Assembly (NCBI GenBank): GCA_030265395.1
Contig: JARFYF010000084.1
Location: 51,854,049 to 51,918,048, forward strand
DNA from: Rhina ancylostomus
Taxonomy: Eukaryota
Length of the DNA stretch: 64,000 nt
Direction: 5' to 3'
Part shown: positions 52,161-64,000 of the stretch, piece after piece
Layout of the letters: each line of letters begins with the position of its first letter
Numbering within the stretch: the stretch's first letter is position 1
Made by a program: the position numbers and the translations under genes
Notes under the pieces: generated by a model
Told to the model about the DNA's origin: nothing
Seen by the model: the letters and a program-made list of their open reading frames with translations, nothing else
The model's database searches: none

Positions 52161-53103
52161 CTGAAAAACATGGAAAGAGTTGGTAGTCAATTTAAAATGC
52201 AACTAAATATGGGGGGCATTGTAACATATTAGTCTAAGTATATCAAACCTTTTGGATAGGTGGGATATAAACAGCAGTAATCACAAAGCCTCAAGAGGCT
52301 ACGAATAAAATTTAAACTGAGATCCTCAACAATGCATACACATTTCAAATTGTTCACACTGACAATCCTAGTACTCTGATTAACTATGAGCAGAGCACTA
52401 TGAAGCATTACTAAGAATGGCCCTTATAAAATGCTGATGCATATTAACTTCAGAGGGCAAACTAGCAAGTAAGAAACAGGACGGAATTATCTTGGATTAG
52501 AAAACAAGGTCAGAGCCAGAAATGTAATCTGCATGTTCTGACCCAGGCACAGTTATTGTTTGTGTTGAAGCCTCTATAATGTTATTGTGATATCTTCAAG
52601 AATATGTTGAAAACATCAGAGGTTGCAACATTTCACTTCCAAATGCACAAAAAAAAACTCTTAATCAAGTACGAGGTTTTTTTTCATTTCACACAACTAC
52701 TTACAGAATCATACTTTTCTCATAAACAAATTTCCCTTGTAACAAAGAAAGTTATAAATATGGCCATGGGGTTTTTCAAGTAGAAGAGGAAAGTGAAGGT
52801 GCAAAGGAGTTTGGAAAGGGATTTCCAGAATGTAGGAAAAAGCAAAATACTTCAATGCTGGAAATCTGAAACAAAAGAAGAAAACACTGAGCAAGTCAAG
52901 CAGCATCTGTGGAAAAAGAGACAAAGCATCATGTCAATGCGAAGAGGAAAAGGAAGCGAACAATAGGGGAGGTCAATGATGGGCTTGGACACAAGAGAAA
53001 TAAAGACAAAAAGAAAGTTTTTGTCAACAGTGGCCCTTCCACACCAGAAAAAAACTCATTGTGTCACAATTTCATTCAAAAATTGACGAGTATTCCTCCT
53101 TAC

Positions 53104-53338
53104 CAGTTTCTCAGTCTCATCTTGGTGCTTTATTAACTTCCACAACAGTTGGATGATGCTAAGGACCTGCAGCTTCAGCTGCAAGGCTTCTGGTTCAAGT
53201 AGACTACCTGGTGTAGGGCCAGCAAGCTGAGCAGGAGAAGCTTCCAGCCAACATTCCAATAGAAGGGGTACTAGAATTTGAATGAAGCCTTTCAGATTCT
53301 CCACTGAAGACAAACCTTCTTCAGCACCATGTGAGGGT
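53104..53338 (-). CDS. TEX10: TEX10 coding exon 3
   Basis: attacactag / gtaagg. (R)[48 protein letters not shown]. 235 nt. The 5' boundary is less certain. Confidence 0.9.
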
Positions 53339-54929
53339 CTAGTGTAATTTAATGGAAAAAATAATGAATGGATGCTCATCGTCATCAGAACATAAGAAAT
53401 AAACAATCGATCACATGCCCACTCTGCTGTTCAGAACAATAGTGAATGATTTTTTAAAAATCAGAGTGCCACTTTCATGCACTAATTCCATATCCCTTCT
53501 TTTCCATCATATCAAAAAATCTATCAATCTGAGTCTTGAATTAAATCAGATATGGGTCTCGTGTGGTGAACTTCATTGACTCGCCACCCACTGGGAGATG
53601 AAATTACTTCTCATCAACCTTGAATGGCTGACTATTTATTTTGAGACTCTGACCTGTGGTTCTCCACACCACAGAAAGGGGGGGGGTCAGCTTCTACCAT
53701 GTCAGGTGTGAGAATTTGGTATGTTCTTATTAAGATCACTTCACACTCTTCTAACCTCAAGAGCACAAACCTAGCCTCCTTATTCTCTCTTTATATGACC
53801 AACCTGCCATCCCAGGAATCAATCTGGTGAATCTCTGCTGTTCTCCTTCAACTGTAAGTACATGCATGCTGAGGGAGGGAGACTAAACCTGTACACAATA
53901 TTCCAGATGCAGTCTCACCAGGGCGCTATAAAATTGGAGCAAGATGTCTCTAATCTTATGCTCAAATCCTCTTGTGATAAACAAAATATTTACCTCCCTA
54001 CTTCCTGTCCTTGTAAGTGAACTTTCAGTGATTCAGGCACTAGAACACCCAGGTCCCTCTGAATACCAGCACCTTTCAATCTCACACCATTCACAAAATA
54101 CTCCACCTTTCTACTTTTCCACCAAAGTGGATTACCTCACATTTTTCAATGTTACATCACCCACTTTCTTGTCCATTCACTTAACTTTACTACAAACCTC
54201 ATCACAAGCTACAGTGGCACCCAGCATTATATCATTAACAAACATATCCAAAACAGTGAAAGAGATTGTGAACAGAAGTGGCCCCAGCACCATGGCACCC
54301 CACTAATAACAGTCTCCCAACCTGAAACTGACCCATTATTTCCAACTGCTGGTTTCGGTCCATTAACCAAACCTTAATCCACGCACTATATATCACCCAC
54401 AATACCTGCAGTCTAACGTTTTTTAAATAATCTTCTGAGACACTGTATCAAAGGCCTTCTGAGAGAACACATAAAGCTCATCAATTAACTAATGCTACTA
54501 ATCTAAGAATTGCAATAGATTTATCAAACACAATTTCCCTTTCATAAATTCATGTGCCTTTATTATTTTGGAAATGGCCTGTTACTAATTCTCAATATTA
54601 AATTCCAGCATTTTCTCTAACAATATCAGGATAAAGAGTCTATGTTTCTCAATTTTATATCTCTTTTCTTAAATAATGGCGTCACATTTGTTATCTTCCA
54701 ATCTATTGTAACCATTCCAGAATCCATGGAATATGACTGTCTCCAGGGGAAAATTCCTCAAATCTCTGGAATACACAAGAAGTCCTGAGGGCTTATCGCC
54801 TTTCAGTCCCATTAGTTTCTCTCATACTAATTTTCTGCTAATGCTATTTTCTTTGAGCTCCTTACTTTCACCAGGCCTGTAATCTTCCACTATTTCCAGG
54901 AGGGTGAAGATCAGTTTTCCCACTGAAAG

Positions 54930-55790
54930 CTTTCCCAATCTTTCTTACCATAATGTTGCACCTCACTCCAACAAACTTCCCACTGGAGTGGAGCTCATCT
55001 TCAGAACTAATGGAAAACTCTTTAATCTATGGCAACTACCCTCCAGAACCATGTTCACCCAAACCTCAGTAGTTGAGCTTCAGTATGCAGACAATGTTTG
55101 TGTTTGCACACAATCATTTACTGAAGCATACTAGAGAACGAGCCTTGCGCTCAACATCCACAAGGCAAAGATTCTCCAACAACCTGCCCTACTGCACCAC
55201 ACAACTCTCTGATAATGAAGCTTCATGACGAGATCTTGGAAAACGTGAACCATTTCCCAGATCTCATAAGGCACTTCTTGGCAAAGACAAATATTGATGA
55301 TGAAATTCACCACAGCCCTCAATGCACCAGCACACCCTTTTGTCGACCGAAGAGGATTTGAAGAACAAGACCTAACGCCAAACTTGTGGCTTACCAGGCA
55401 GTTATGATCACTACCCTCCTAAATGTTCCTGAGTGCCAAACTAGCTATAGTAGGCATCTTAAGGCAGTAGAAAAATACCATTAATATGGTCTCTACAAAA
55501 TCTTCCATTCACTAGGAACAACAGTACTGTCCTCTCCCAGACCAAAAGATTTGAGGATGTGCTCCATCCCACCAACTCCAGGGAACCTCCCAAAGTACAG
55601 GAGAAGCATTCAGGATGGTATTTTGAACCTCGAGGTCATCAGGAGTATACAAAAGCTGTGCGCAAGTGGCACCACCTTTCCAACTACCCACTGCTCCAGC
55701 CTGTCAGCCACCACCTGTGGAAGAGTTTGCAGTTCCTATATTAGGCTCATTGGCTAGAGTAGAAGCAAGTCATCCTCCATCCCAAGATGA
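54930..55790 (+). mobile_element. RTE-clade LINE 3' fragment nested in the CR1
   Basis: PTGVELIFRTNGKLFNLWQL..VVELQYADN (compare RTE YRTDGKLFNL..FADD), with a C-terminal CGRVCSSYIRLIG zinc-finger-like motif. Confidence 0.75.
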
Positions 55791-55799
55791 AGAGATTAA

Positions 55800-56127
55800 T
55801 CCTTCCCTCACCTCCCCCCACTTCATGTAGAAAGATACAAAAACCTGAAAGCACATACCACCAAGCTCAAGGACCAGCTTCTATTCCATAGTTATAAGAC
55901 TATTGGACAGTCCCCTCATAAGATAAGATGGACTCTTGCCCTCACAATCTACCTTATTATGGTGCTACATCTTATTGTCTGCCTGCACTGTACTTTCTCT
56001 GTAACTGTAACACTTGATTCTGCATTTTGTTTGTTTTCTCTTGTACAATTTCAATGCACAGATGTGATGAAATGATCTGTACAGATGGCATGCAAAACAA
56101 TTTTTCAATAATAAACCAATTTACCAT
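55800..56127 (+). mobile_element. Rex1/Babar-like 3' end nested in the CR1
   Basis: Collinear with 38230-38582; ends aataaaccaatttacca. Confidence 0.75.
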
Positions 56128-56230
56128 TGTTAATTCTCCAATCTACCAAAGCCAACTCATGGCTTTGTAGTTTGCTTGTTCAGATTTAAAACTCTTATTT
56201 CAAAATGAGCTAAATCACTTCTATCTTTAA

Positions 56231-56296
56231 ATGAACTTCTTTCATGAAGTTCATCTGGTAGTTAACATGTCTTCGTGGACATGTTAACTACCAGAT
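56231..56296. repeat. Two adjacent perfect inverted repeats (9-bp and 19-bp arms, 6-nt loops)
   Basis: atgaacttc-tttcat-gaagttcat and atctggtagttaacatgtc-ttcgtg-gacatgttaactaccagat. Confidence 0.95.
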
Positions 56297-57454
56297 TGCC
56301 AATTAACTTTTTCTCATGACACAATAACAGATGTAAAATAGCCTGTGCCGCCACATTGAGAAAATCATCTTTATATGCACAATTAGTTTGCCCTCCACAA
56401 TATTACTGCTGATTTGGTTTGTCCAGCTTCCACAGAGATTAAAGTCCTTGATGACTCAAGTCCACATCTAATTTCCTGATTTATACTGCATCCTATGTTA
56501 CCATTACTGTTTGGGAGTTAATGCAATTCCCAACGATGCTTTTATTTCCCCTAGCTAATGCTTAGTTCCTCCAAAAAGAATTATGCTTGATCTTCTGAGC
56601 CACGATCCTTCCTCTCAACTGCTATTATCCAAATCTTTAAAATCAGGAATAGCTACCTATTTCTCCATTGGTCTTTTTCTTCAAAAAAATGAAGTATCCT
56701 GGAAATAAATATTTAATTCCCAATCTTGATTACTTTGCAACCACATCTCAGTAATGGCTAGTAGATTGCACCCATTTATTTCAATTTATGCCATTAACTT
56801 ACCTACTTTGTTATAAATGCTTCTAGCATTCAGATTAAGTCCCTTCCTTTTTTTCTTTGTACCATTTTGCTGTTTTAATAGGAGCAATTCTCCTGTGTTT
56901 GCATGCACTGTCCCTTCCTGACAGATTCAAATTATTTATATCCATCTTGCTACTCTTGTACTATCACTTTGTCCTTTCCCTTCAACTTCCTAAATTTCCC
57001 CTCACCACATCCCCATACGATCACCACCTTCTCCCTGCACTCCAAGCTATTTAGTTTAAAGTCTTATCTACAAACCTAGTTATTCAATTCACTTGGACAA
57101 TGGTCCTGGCACAATTCAAGTGAAGCCCTTATTAATGGCTTCCTCCAGTACTGATGCCATTGCCCCATGAATTGAAACCCATGTCTCCTATATTCCTTGA
57201 GCCTCACATTCCTATCTCTGATCTTATTTACCCACTGCCAAGTTGCACATGACTCAAACAACAATCCAGAGATTATCACCTTTGTAGTTCTTTTTAATTT
57301 GGATCCTAGCTGTTCAGTTTACCTCAATATGATCTCTTTCTTTGTCCTTCCTATCTCATTTTTCCTACATGGAAAGAGGGAGAGAAAGAGATATCCAAAA
57401 TGAACAGCTTGGCTCAAGTACCAAACAGCAGTATTCATGCCCACGATGTCTCAC

Positions 57455-58170
57455 CTTAGCCGAAATGGAATTACGGTCGTAGGCTGGGATCCAGAATGCT
57501 CATACAATTGTACATGCTGTTGTCCAGTTGCATAATTCTCCCAATTGACTTGTAATGTGGTCACATGTTCAGACCCAGTCCTGATGTCACTCTCAAAAGT
57601 AGCTTCACTTTCCACTGATTGGTTTGAACCCTCAACAACTGCCTGCAGAAATTTTCTCAATCTGCTCAGCACATTAAGCCGCCATAGCTGAGAAGTAATC
57701 CGGCGGTTAGGGTTGACAGACAGCATCCAAGAATTTATTTTCCCTCCAGTTTTCAATTCCTTTGACAATCTCTGATGTGAAATGAGCTCCAGAAAATTCT
57801 TCAATAGGATGCTGCAACAGTCTGTAAGAAGCTCAGGATAATGTTCCAACAAAATATCTAATATTTTCAAGGCATCTTCCTGTATCCCTTCAAGAATATG
57901 AGTCATTGCACTGGAGAGATGTGCACTAACCAAAGGGAAAAAAGGAGCCATCTGATCACTGGAAATTTTAGGAGCAAGAAAATGTAAAAGCTGGATAGCC
58001 ACTGATCTAACTGTGGAGTCTTTGTCTGTAAATAAGGCTGCTAAATCACTGAGAATATTAGAGAGATGAGATGCAATCACTGATGGATGCTGCGATACAA
58101 GATCTTTGAGGCCATTTAGAGCACTCTGTTTAATTCCTGAATTATAATGGTGTAACTGTGTCAACAGATC
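57455..58170 (-). CDS. TEX10: TEX10 coding exon 2 (includes the Ipi1_N-like region)
   Basis: ttctcaatag / gtgaga. [64 protein letters not shown](R). 716 nt. Confidence 0.97.
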
Positions 58171-59857
58171 CTATTGAGAAAGAAAATTTAGGTTATTGTT
58201 GGTATACCACAGTAAATTAAAACTGAACTCAAATGCTTCTTAACCTCTCTAAAGATAATCAAATTTGGTGAGATGAGACTTTATATTGTGACATAAAGTA
58301 GGATACAAATTTCTAATCTTTAGATTGCTATGCACTTTTATTTCTGTATTCTGGTTTAATGGTCAGAAGTTATGTTAATATACTGCTTAAATCTTCAATA
58401 TTTGTAAAACCTTACATCTTAAAACAAGACTACAACCACAATTCAAAAAGTATGTCAGTGAAATGCTTTGAGACATAGGTGAGGAAAAGGTTTCTTTCAT
58501 TTTATCACTTTTTTCAAACTACTTCTAGGATTTTAAACATACATATCAGCCATTCTAAATACACTTTTATGCATTTCAAATGTATAATATGGCATTTACA
58601 ATTACATCATTATTGCCAACTCCTGTAAACTTGTCATCTGATAATTGCTCTATTCAACTGTTATTACCCTATTATTCAATTATTCTATTATTCAATTACT
58701 CTTTTCAAACTAAGGTTTGTTTCTCTTCAGCTTTGCAATGCAACAACACTCAGAGAGCACATGAACAGTATTTAAACTATTAAGTCCCTCCAAACTGCTT
58801 TGTAGATAGGCTGATGCATTCCTTAGTTTTATTTACCAACCTTTGATCCATACCGTCAATGAAAATTTCAAATGACCTCACAGGAAGCCTTTTGGGGAGC
58901 AAGTCCTAGACTTTTGTCATATTGAAGATCTTGATTAGGTAATGGCTGAACCTGCTACCTCAACATAGAGCAAGCCAATTTCATGCCACTTGATCTCAAT
59001 TTAATTCCTTAAACTATAACACTTCAAGACCAACACACATCTCCTGAGTTTCAGCAAAGTGAAAATCAGTAGTCTCAATGGGGTTCACTTTGTATACTCT
59101 TGTTCCTTTTCAACTTTCTGCTCCTACTTAATATGCCCTCCATCAGTACTATCAGCGAATTTCAATACGTAACACTCATTTCTTTGTCCAATCGATATTT
59201 GCATTATAAAGTTGTGTCCTCAGTACTGGTCCTTGGGAAGGACTATTTGTCATATCCTGCCAATCAGAGCACACCCCTTACTCCCATTTTGTCAATTACC
59301 TCTGAGTTAGCTACAGTCCCATGCCATAAGTTTACTAGTATTTATGCTTCAACCAACTCTACTTCTCTGCTTCAAGCATGTCATGGCTTGCTATCCAACA
59401 AGTATCAAAATGAGTCCTGCATAATAATGCACATGGAATATACACCTTTTACACCTGTAAGGCACAGTCCCATTCCTTTATAAAAGATTGAAAAGAACAT
59501 CCTTCTCTTAGTGTTTGATCATTACAGTAATGAAGACCAACTGTGTTAACAAGGAAGGCTTCTTCCAAACTGGAGTGCAATTCCACAACCTCAAAGAAAT
59601 AACATCCAACAAGAGTTACAAAAGCCATTGGCCGCCTATCCAGATAGCAAAATAACATCCTACCTAATCATTCATTATGTTAATACAAGGGGGCCAAATA
59701 AGATGTAGCTGAGTTGTTATTCTTTTCCATTCTTCTTGAACAAGCAATGTTATTACTATTTGAGATAGAACTTTTTGTTCATTCCTGGAGAATGAGGTGT
59801 TTTGGGATTACCTGTCAAAACTCTTTCCTAATCCAAAGAAACATAATGGATCAACAG

Positions 59858-60032
59858 TACGGCATGGTAGCGTAGCGGTTAGCGCAATGCTATTACAGCG
59901 CCAGCGATCAGGGTTCGATTCCCGTCACTGTCTGTAAGGAGTTCGTACGTTCTCTCGTGTCTGCGTGGGTTTCCTCCGGGTGCTCCGGTTTCCTCCCACA
60001 TTCTAAAGACGTACGGGTAGGTTAATTTGGGG
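59858..60032 (+). mobile_element. Young tRNA-derived V-SINE (HE1-like), truncated by a gap
   Basis: A box tagcgtagcgg (59868-59878), B box ggttcgattcc (59912-59922), V-domain gtctgcgtgggtttcctccgggtgctccggtttcctcccaca; CpGs retained. Confidence 0.85.
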
Positions 60033-60760
60033 NNNNNNNNNNNNNNNNNNNNNNNNNNNNNNNNNNNNNNNNNNNNNNNNNNNNNNNNNNNNNNNNNNNN
60101 NNNNNNNNNNNNNNNNNNNNNNNNNNNNNNNNAAAAATTTATATTTAAATTTAAGGATCAAAAGCAAACCAAAACATCTCTTACAGAAGGTCAACTGCAG
60201 AACACTGCTGCCTGGAACCATAGTATACAAAAGTTAAAGAAGAGTTGCTCTTAATTCCAGGATAACAACCGGCTGAACTCTTTGTTAGATAATGGTAAAT
60301 TTATTCATGATAGCTTAGTACAATTTTATCAATTATTTCTTTACTCTCTGTTGCTAAAAAGATTAATTGCATTGGCACTAATCAGAAAGACAGCATTTGA
60401 CAGTAAAAACTAATATGAAAATTAGATAAAATAAAATTTGACCCTGTGTCTGTTGAAAGCACAGAACTTTTTTGAAAAATAGTTCTCGGTTGTCAAGCTT
60501 TTAATGTTTGATTTTTTGAGAGCAGAAAATCAGTTAATACCTTTGGTTCCCAAAACATATCAATAAAGCTGGATTAAAATTAGCAATTCTATTATTCATA
60601 GGTATTCGCAGGTATTTCCACCATCCATAATATTTTACTTACTCACATATACTGGACTGCTAAGTATCACTGGGCCTCCAATGTTTATAATTTTTGACCA
60701 TTCCATCTGTTCTATCTTCTGATATTCAAACTCAGTGACCTTACTTTAGCCCATCTGAAC

Positions 60761-60763
60761 TGT

Positions 60764-60794
<31 letters not shown>

Positions 60795-60799
60795 GGGGG
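60761..60799. repeat. (TG)9 microsatellite followed by a poly-G run at a gap edge
   Basis: Read directly from the sequence. Confidence 0.9.
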
Positions 60800-61505
60800 N
60801 NNNNNNNNNNNNNNNNNNNNNNNNNNNNNNNNNNNNNNNNNNNNNNNNNNNNNNNNNNNNNNNNNNNNNNNNNNNNNNNNNNNNNNNNNNNNNNNNNNNG
60901 CGATTCAGGGGCACGTGAGAGAGAATAGCTTCAGGGAAATAAATGAAGATTTGGAATTGCTCTGAAACCCAGCATAGATTTGATGGGCTGAATGACATCT
61001 TTCCAATTTGAAAGGAAAAATATATCAAATATCTTCTGGAAGCTACATAAATAGCATTTATCTTCATGACTTATCTTTTTCAAATCACCTGACTTTCTAT
61101 AATCATTTACCAGAATAAAAAAGAATTCAAACACTCAATGTGATACACACAGAGCAATTAATGCATGCAATATACTAATTTAATCAGCGTCAGTCAAGGA
61201 AGCAAATGGGGCACAACAGCTGACCTGGCATTCCTAGACAAGTAATAGAGAGAAATCAAATTTATCAAGGGAAGTACACATAATCAAGTGTCAGTTAAGA
61301 ACTGGATTTAACACATGTGCATGCCCAATACAAGGCAATTGCCTGACAACACTCCCCTTCTTGGCAACACATAATTGGCACCTGGCTGATCAACACACAA
61401 GGTAAACTGTCTTCAAGAAAGGTAGAAAAAGAATTAATAAAAGGATAAATGCATGTTGTTCCACATTAAGCTGTCAAACACAGCAGATTGAAAGAGTACA
61501 TATAC

Positions 61506-61685
61506 CTTTACGTTAAGTTTGCGGTAATTTGTTGGCAATGATACATCACTCTTCAGTTGCTCTGGAACATGGATGGCACGTGTCTTGAAGGTGGTGATGG
61601 TTGCATTATCTGCTCTTGGTTTTTTTTTGCCAACTTTTAATTTAACCTTTTGAAAGTCATCTTGACGCTTTCGTTTCTTAGTCAT
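61506..61685 (-). CDS. TEX10: TEX10 coding exon 1 (start codon; exon begins at 61697 with 12 nt of 5' UTR)
   Basis: Acceptor ttcttttttgcag, donor gtatat. [60 protein letters not shown]. 180 nt. Confidence 0.97.
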
Positions 61686-62249
61686 CTTGCTTCTATCCTG
61701 CAAAAAAGAACATGTATTCTTAACTATTCAAGAGAAAATGAACACCAGGCGTACAAAATAATTTAGCACTTTTCATAATTATAAGATAGCAAGAGTTACT
61801 GTTGGACACATGCATACATCTCAGTGGCCACCTTTAAAGAAAGTACCAGAAGCTTTAATATACATGCATAGAACAAAGAGCATTAAGATTACTTAGAAAA
61901 GAAAAACAGCGAGTTAAAAATAAGAATCAGAATCACCAAACAGAAAAATTTCAAGATACATGGAGCTAAAACATCTGCTGAGCCAGATTATTTTTAATGA
62001 TCTCTGTATATTTATCTAATGGTGTTTATAACATGATTGCATTTCATGTTGTGTTTGAAAAGAAGAAACAGGAAACACTAAGATTCTGGATATGGATCAT
62101 GCTGACTTCCAGGCATAGATACAGAGACTGTCTACCATAAAGTGGGTAAATCCATTATGTGTAAAATCAAAAAAGATCAGTGGCAGATCTTTAATACAGT
62201 ATTTATTAGAATACAGAACCTGCTTCTACCCCTGTGGAGAAAGGGCTCC

Positions 62250-63750
62250 AGCTTCAGGAAAAAATTACTCACCGATAACCAAAGCAGCAAAGGATAACAT
62301 AAAACTAAAAGAAAATACTCACAAAAAGCCAAATAAACAAGTGCAAATCACAGCAAATGGAAGAAACAAAGAACAGCAAAAAGTTAACAAGCTGTAAGAG
62401 CTACAAAAAGGGAATCTGAAAAGAAATATGTAAGAACCGCAAAAATCAACAATCGTCTGAAGCAGTTAAGGAAGCTGGTGAGAACCAATAGAAGCTCCTA
62501 TAAAAAAAAAGAATTATAAATGAAAATAAGGTGGTGAATTTGAGTCACTATTTACAACAGAGGAAAAGGATAACATTCCAAGAAAACTAGTTGTATCAGT
62601 GATAGAGGCAAAAAAAACCAAGCAAAGCAAGGATCAAAGAAAATAAATAATGACATGATAGATTGTCAAGTCTCCAGGACGATATGGATTTCATACCGAA
62701 AATCTAAATGAAAGGAGGTAAGAAATTGATCATCATTACTATAATTTTCTAAAGCTGTCTATCCTGGAAACATTGCTTTAGATTGGAAAATTACACAACA
62801 TGGAACCACTTGAGAATGGTATGAAAGGAAAAACAGGGATTTACAGAGTAGATCTTGTTGTTCAGTAACTCTAGTCTAGCATTATGTACTGAATGACTAG
62901 GTACCTTTAAATGTTCGATCTATTAAGAAGAGCCAGCAAGAATATGGAAAAGGAATGTCTTACCTGACAAACAGGAGTAAATCTTTAATTTTTTGAAGTG
63001 GTGATCAAAGAGTGCACTATAGCAATGGATATTATTTATAAGAACTTCCTGAAGTCTTGTTTAAAAATTCTTGAAAAACTGCAGGAACTAGAAATCTGAA
63101 ATAAAGATAGAAAATGCTGGAAACACTCAGCAGGTCATGCAGCATCTCTATCAGCCTGAAACAATGATTCTGTTTCTCTCTCCATGGATTGTTTAACTAA
63201 AGTTGGTCACGGGGATTAAATACAATGCAATGACCTGGTTTGAAAACTGGATGAGTGGAAAGAGACTGAGATTAGTGATAATGAACAAGTACTCAAACTG
63301 GCATTATGGTATCAATGTGGTTGACTCTGAAATGGCCAAGCAAGCATTCAGTCAGGACAATAAGTGATGACTTTTCCAGAAATGCCAACATCTGAAAAAA
63401 TAAATGTATTTAAAAAAACTCATTTGCATTTTATACAATATACAACAAAACAGAATAAGAAGAGCAGTTTCTAATAAATTTGATTGCAAGGATTTGGTTT
63501 TCACTGAAAATAATAAAGAATGAATTAGTGGAGATCCTGAGACAAACAACAGTATCACTCTCTCAGCAGCAGCAATGTATTTGGGTCAAAAGAAATGAAA
63601 GTTAAATAAAGTGGTTAAAAAAGCAACTAGATACTTTTTTAAAAAATTGATGCACAGAATATTACAGTGGGAAACTTAAGCTAGAACTAAATGCCATACT
63701 AGTTGGACCAATGCTTGAGTATGGCATAGAGTTCCAGAGATCTCTTTTCC
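62250..63750 (+). mobile_element. Very old CR1 remnants, with a Penelope-like module at about 63070-63190
   Basis: caagtctccaggacgatatggatttcatacc (KSPG..GFH), gattggaaaatt (DWK), gtggttaaaaaagc..cttgagtatggc (VVKKA..LEY). Confidence 0.5.
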
Positions 63751-63759
63751 CAGAGGATG

Positions 63760-64000
63760 GAATGACATATCCCCATCCAATGCAGTGCCTTCACAAGCGA
63801 TTCAGTATCCTTGTCATTCGTCTCTTTGTCTGGGCTGGCCAGCAACAGGTCATCCACATATTAAATGACGGTGGAACCACCAGGAAGAGTTAATGACATC
63901 AGCTGTTCCCGAAGGGTCTCGTATGGAGACGCAGACCAGACCTCGTCAGGAATTTCCGTCTTATCCTGTGACCGATGGTGTTTCAATATGCCGAAAACTT
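63760..64000 (-). mobile_element. Retroviral (class I ERV-like) pol/RT fragment, disabled, running off the window edge
   Basis: One frame from 63998: VFGILKHHRSQDKTEIPDEVWSASPYETLREQLMSLTLPGGSTVI*YVDDLLLASPDKETNDKDTESLVKALHWMG. YVDD at 63860-63849. Confidence 0.7.

Larger units (their letters stand above)
53387..57370 (-). mobile_element. Long decayed CR1 (ORF1 remnant to 3' tail) with nested insertions
   Basis: ORF1-like IISGLL..VNKIRD..GFQFMGQWHQYWR at 57076-57279; antisense ORF2 hallmarks across 53400-56850; tail agaacataagaaat at 53387-53400. Confidence 0.7.

Noticed and set aside
59858-59930. tRNA gene
   Set aside because: The A/B boxes run straight into a V-SINE core, so this is a SINE head, not a tRNA.
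60779-60799. Poly-G tracts as G-quadruplex elements (also about 49581-49596)
   Set aside because: Simple homopolymers, one at a gap edge, so lengths are unreliable and nothing supports a function.
61686-61703. Track ORF start MQDRSK upstream of the TEX10 ATG
   Set aside because: It starts at a TTG inside the splice acceptor. The conserved start is MTKKRKR at 61685.

Overview
Vertebrate nuclear DNA from a gapped assembly. The repeat content (CR1, Rex1/Babar, HE1-type V-SINEs, Penelope remnants) suggests a cartilaginous fish; this is an inference. The main feature is the full coding region of TEX10 on the minus strand: 14 coding exons traced by hand from ATG at 61685 to TAA at 8742. All introns are GT-AG and phase-compatible, giving 2766 nt / 921 aa; the non-coding first exon is not visible. 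A plus-strand exon at 4778-4893 resembles the C-terminus of inversin (INVS), so the two genes appear to lie tail-to-tail. The introns are mostly decayed retroelements. The most notable observations are: (1) a symmetric region between the two genes with opposed AATAAA signals and a 20-bp palindrome giving UGUAUAUA on both strands; (2) a retrovirus-type RT fragment (YVDD) with an apparent in-frame internal deletion at the right edge; (3) a ~1.1-kb Penelope fold-back and several decayed hammerhead-like motifs; (4) a perfect 19-bp hairpin inside an old CR1; (5) an unexplained GC-rich block. I found no convincing new biological system. Protein and repeat-family comparisons are from recalled sequences, not database searches, and repeat boundaries are approximate.
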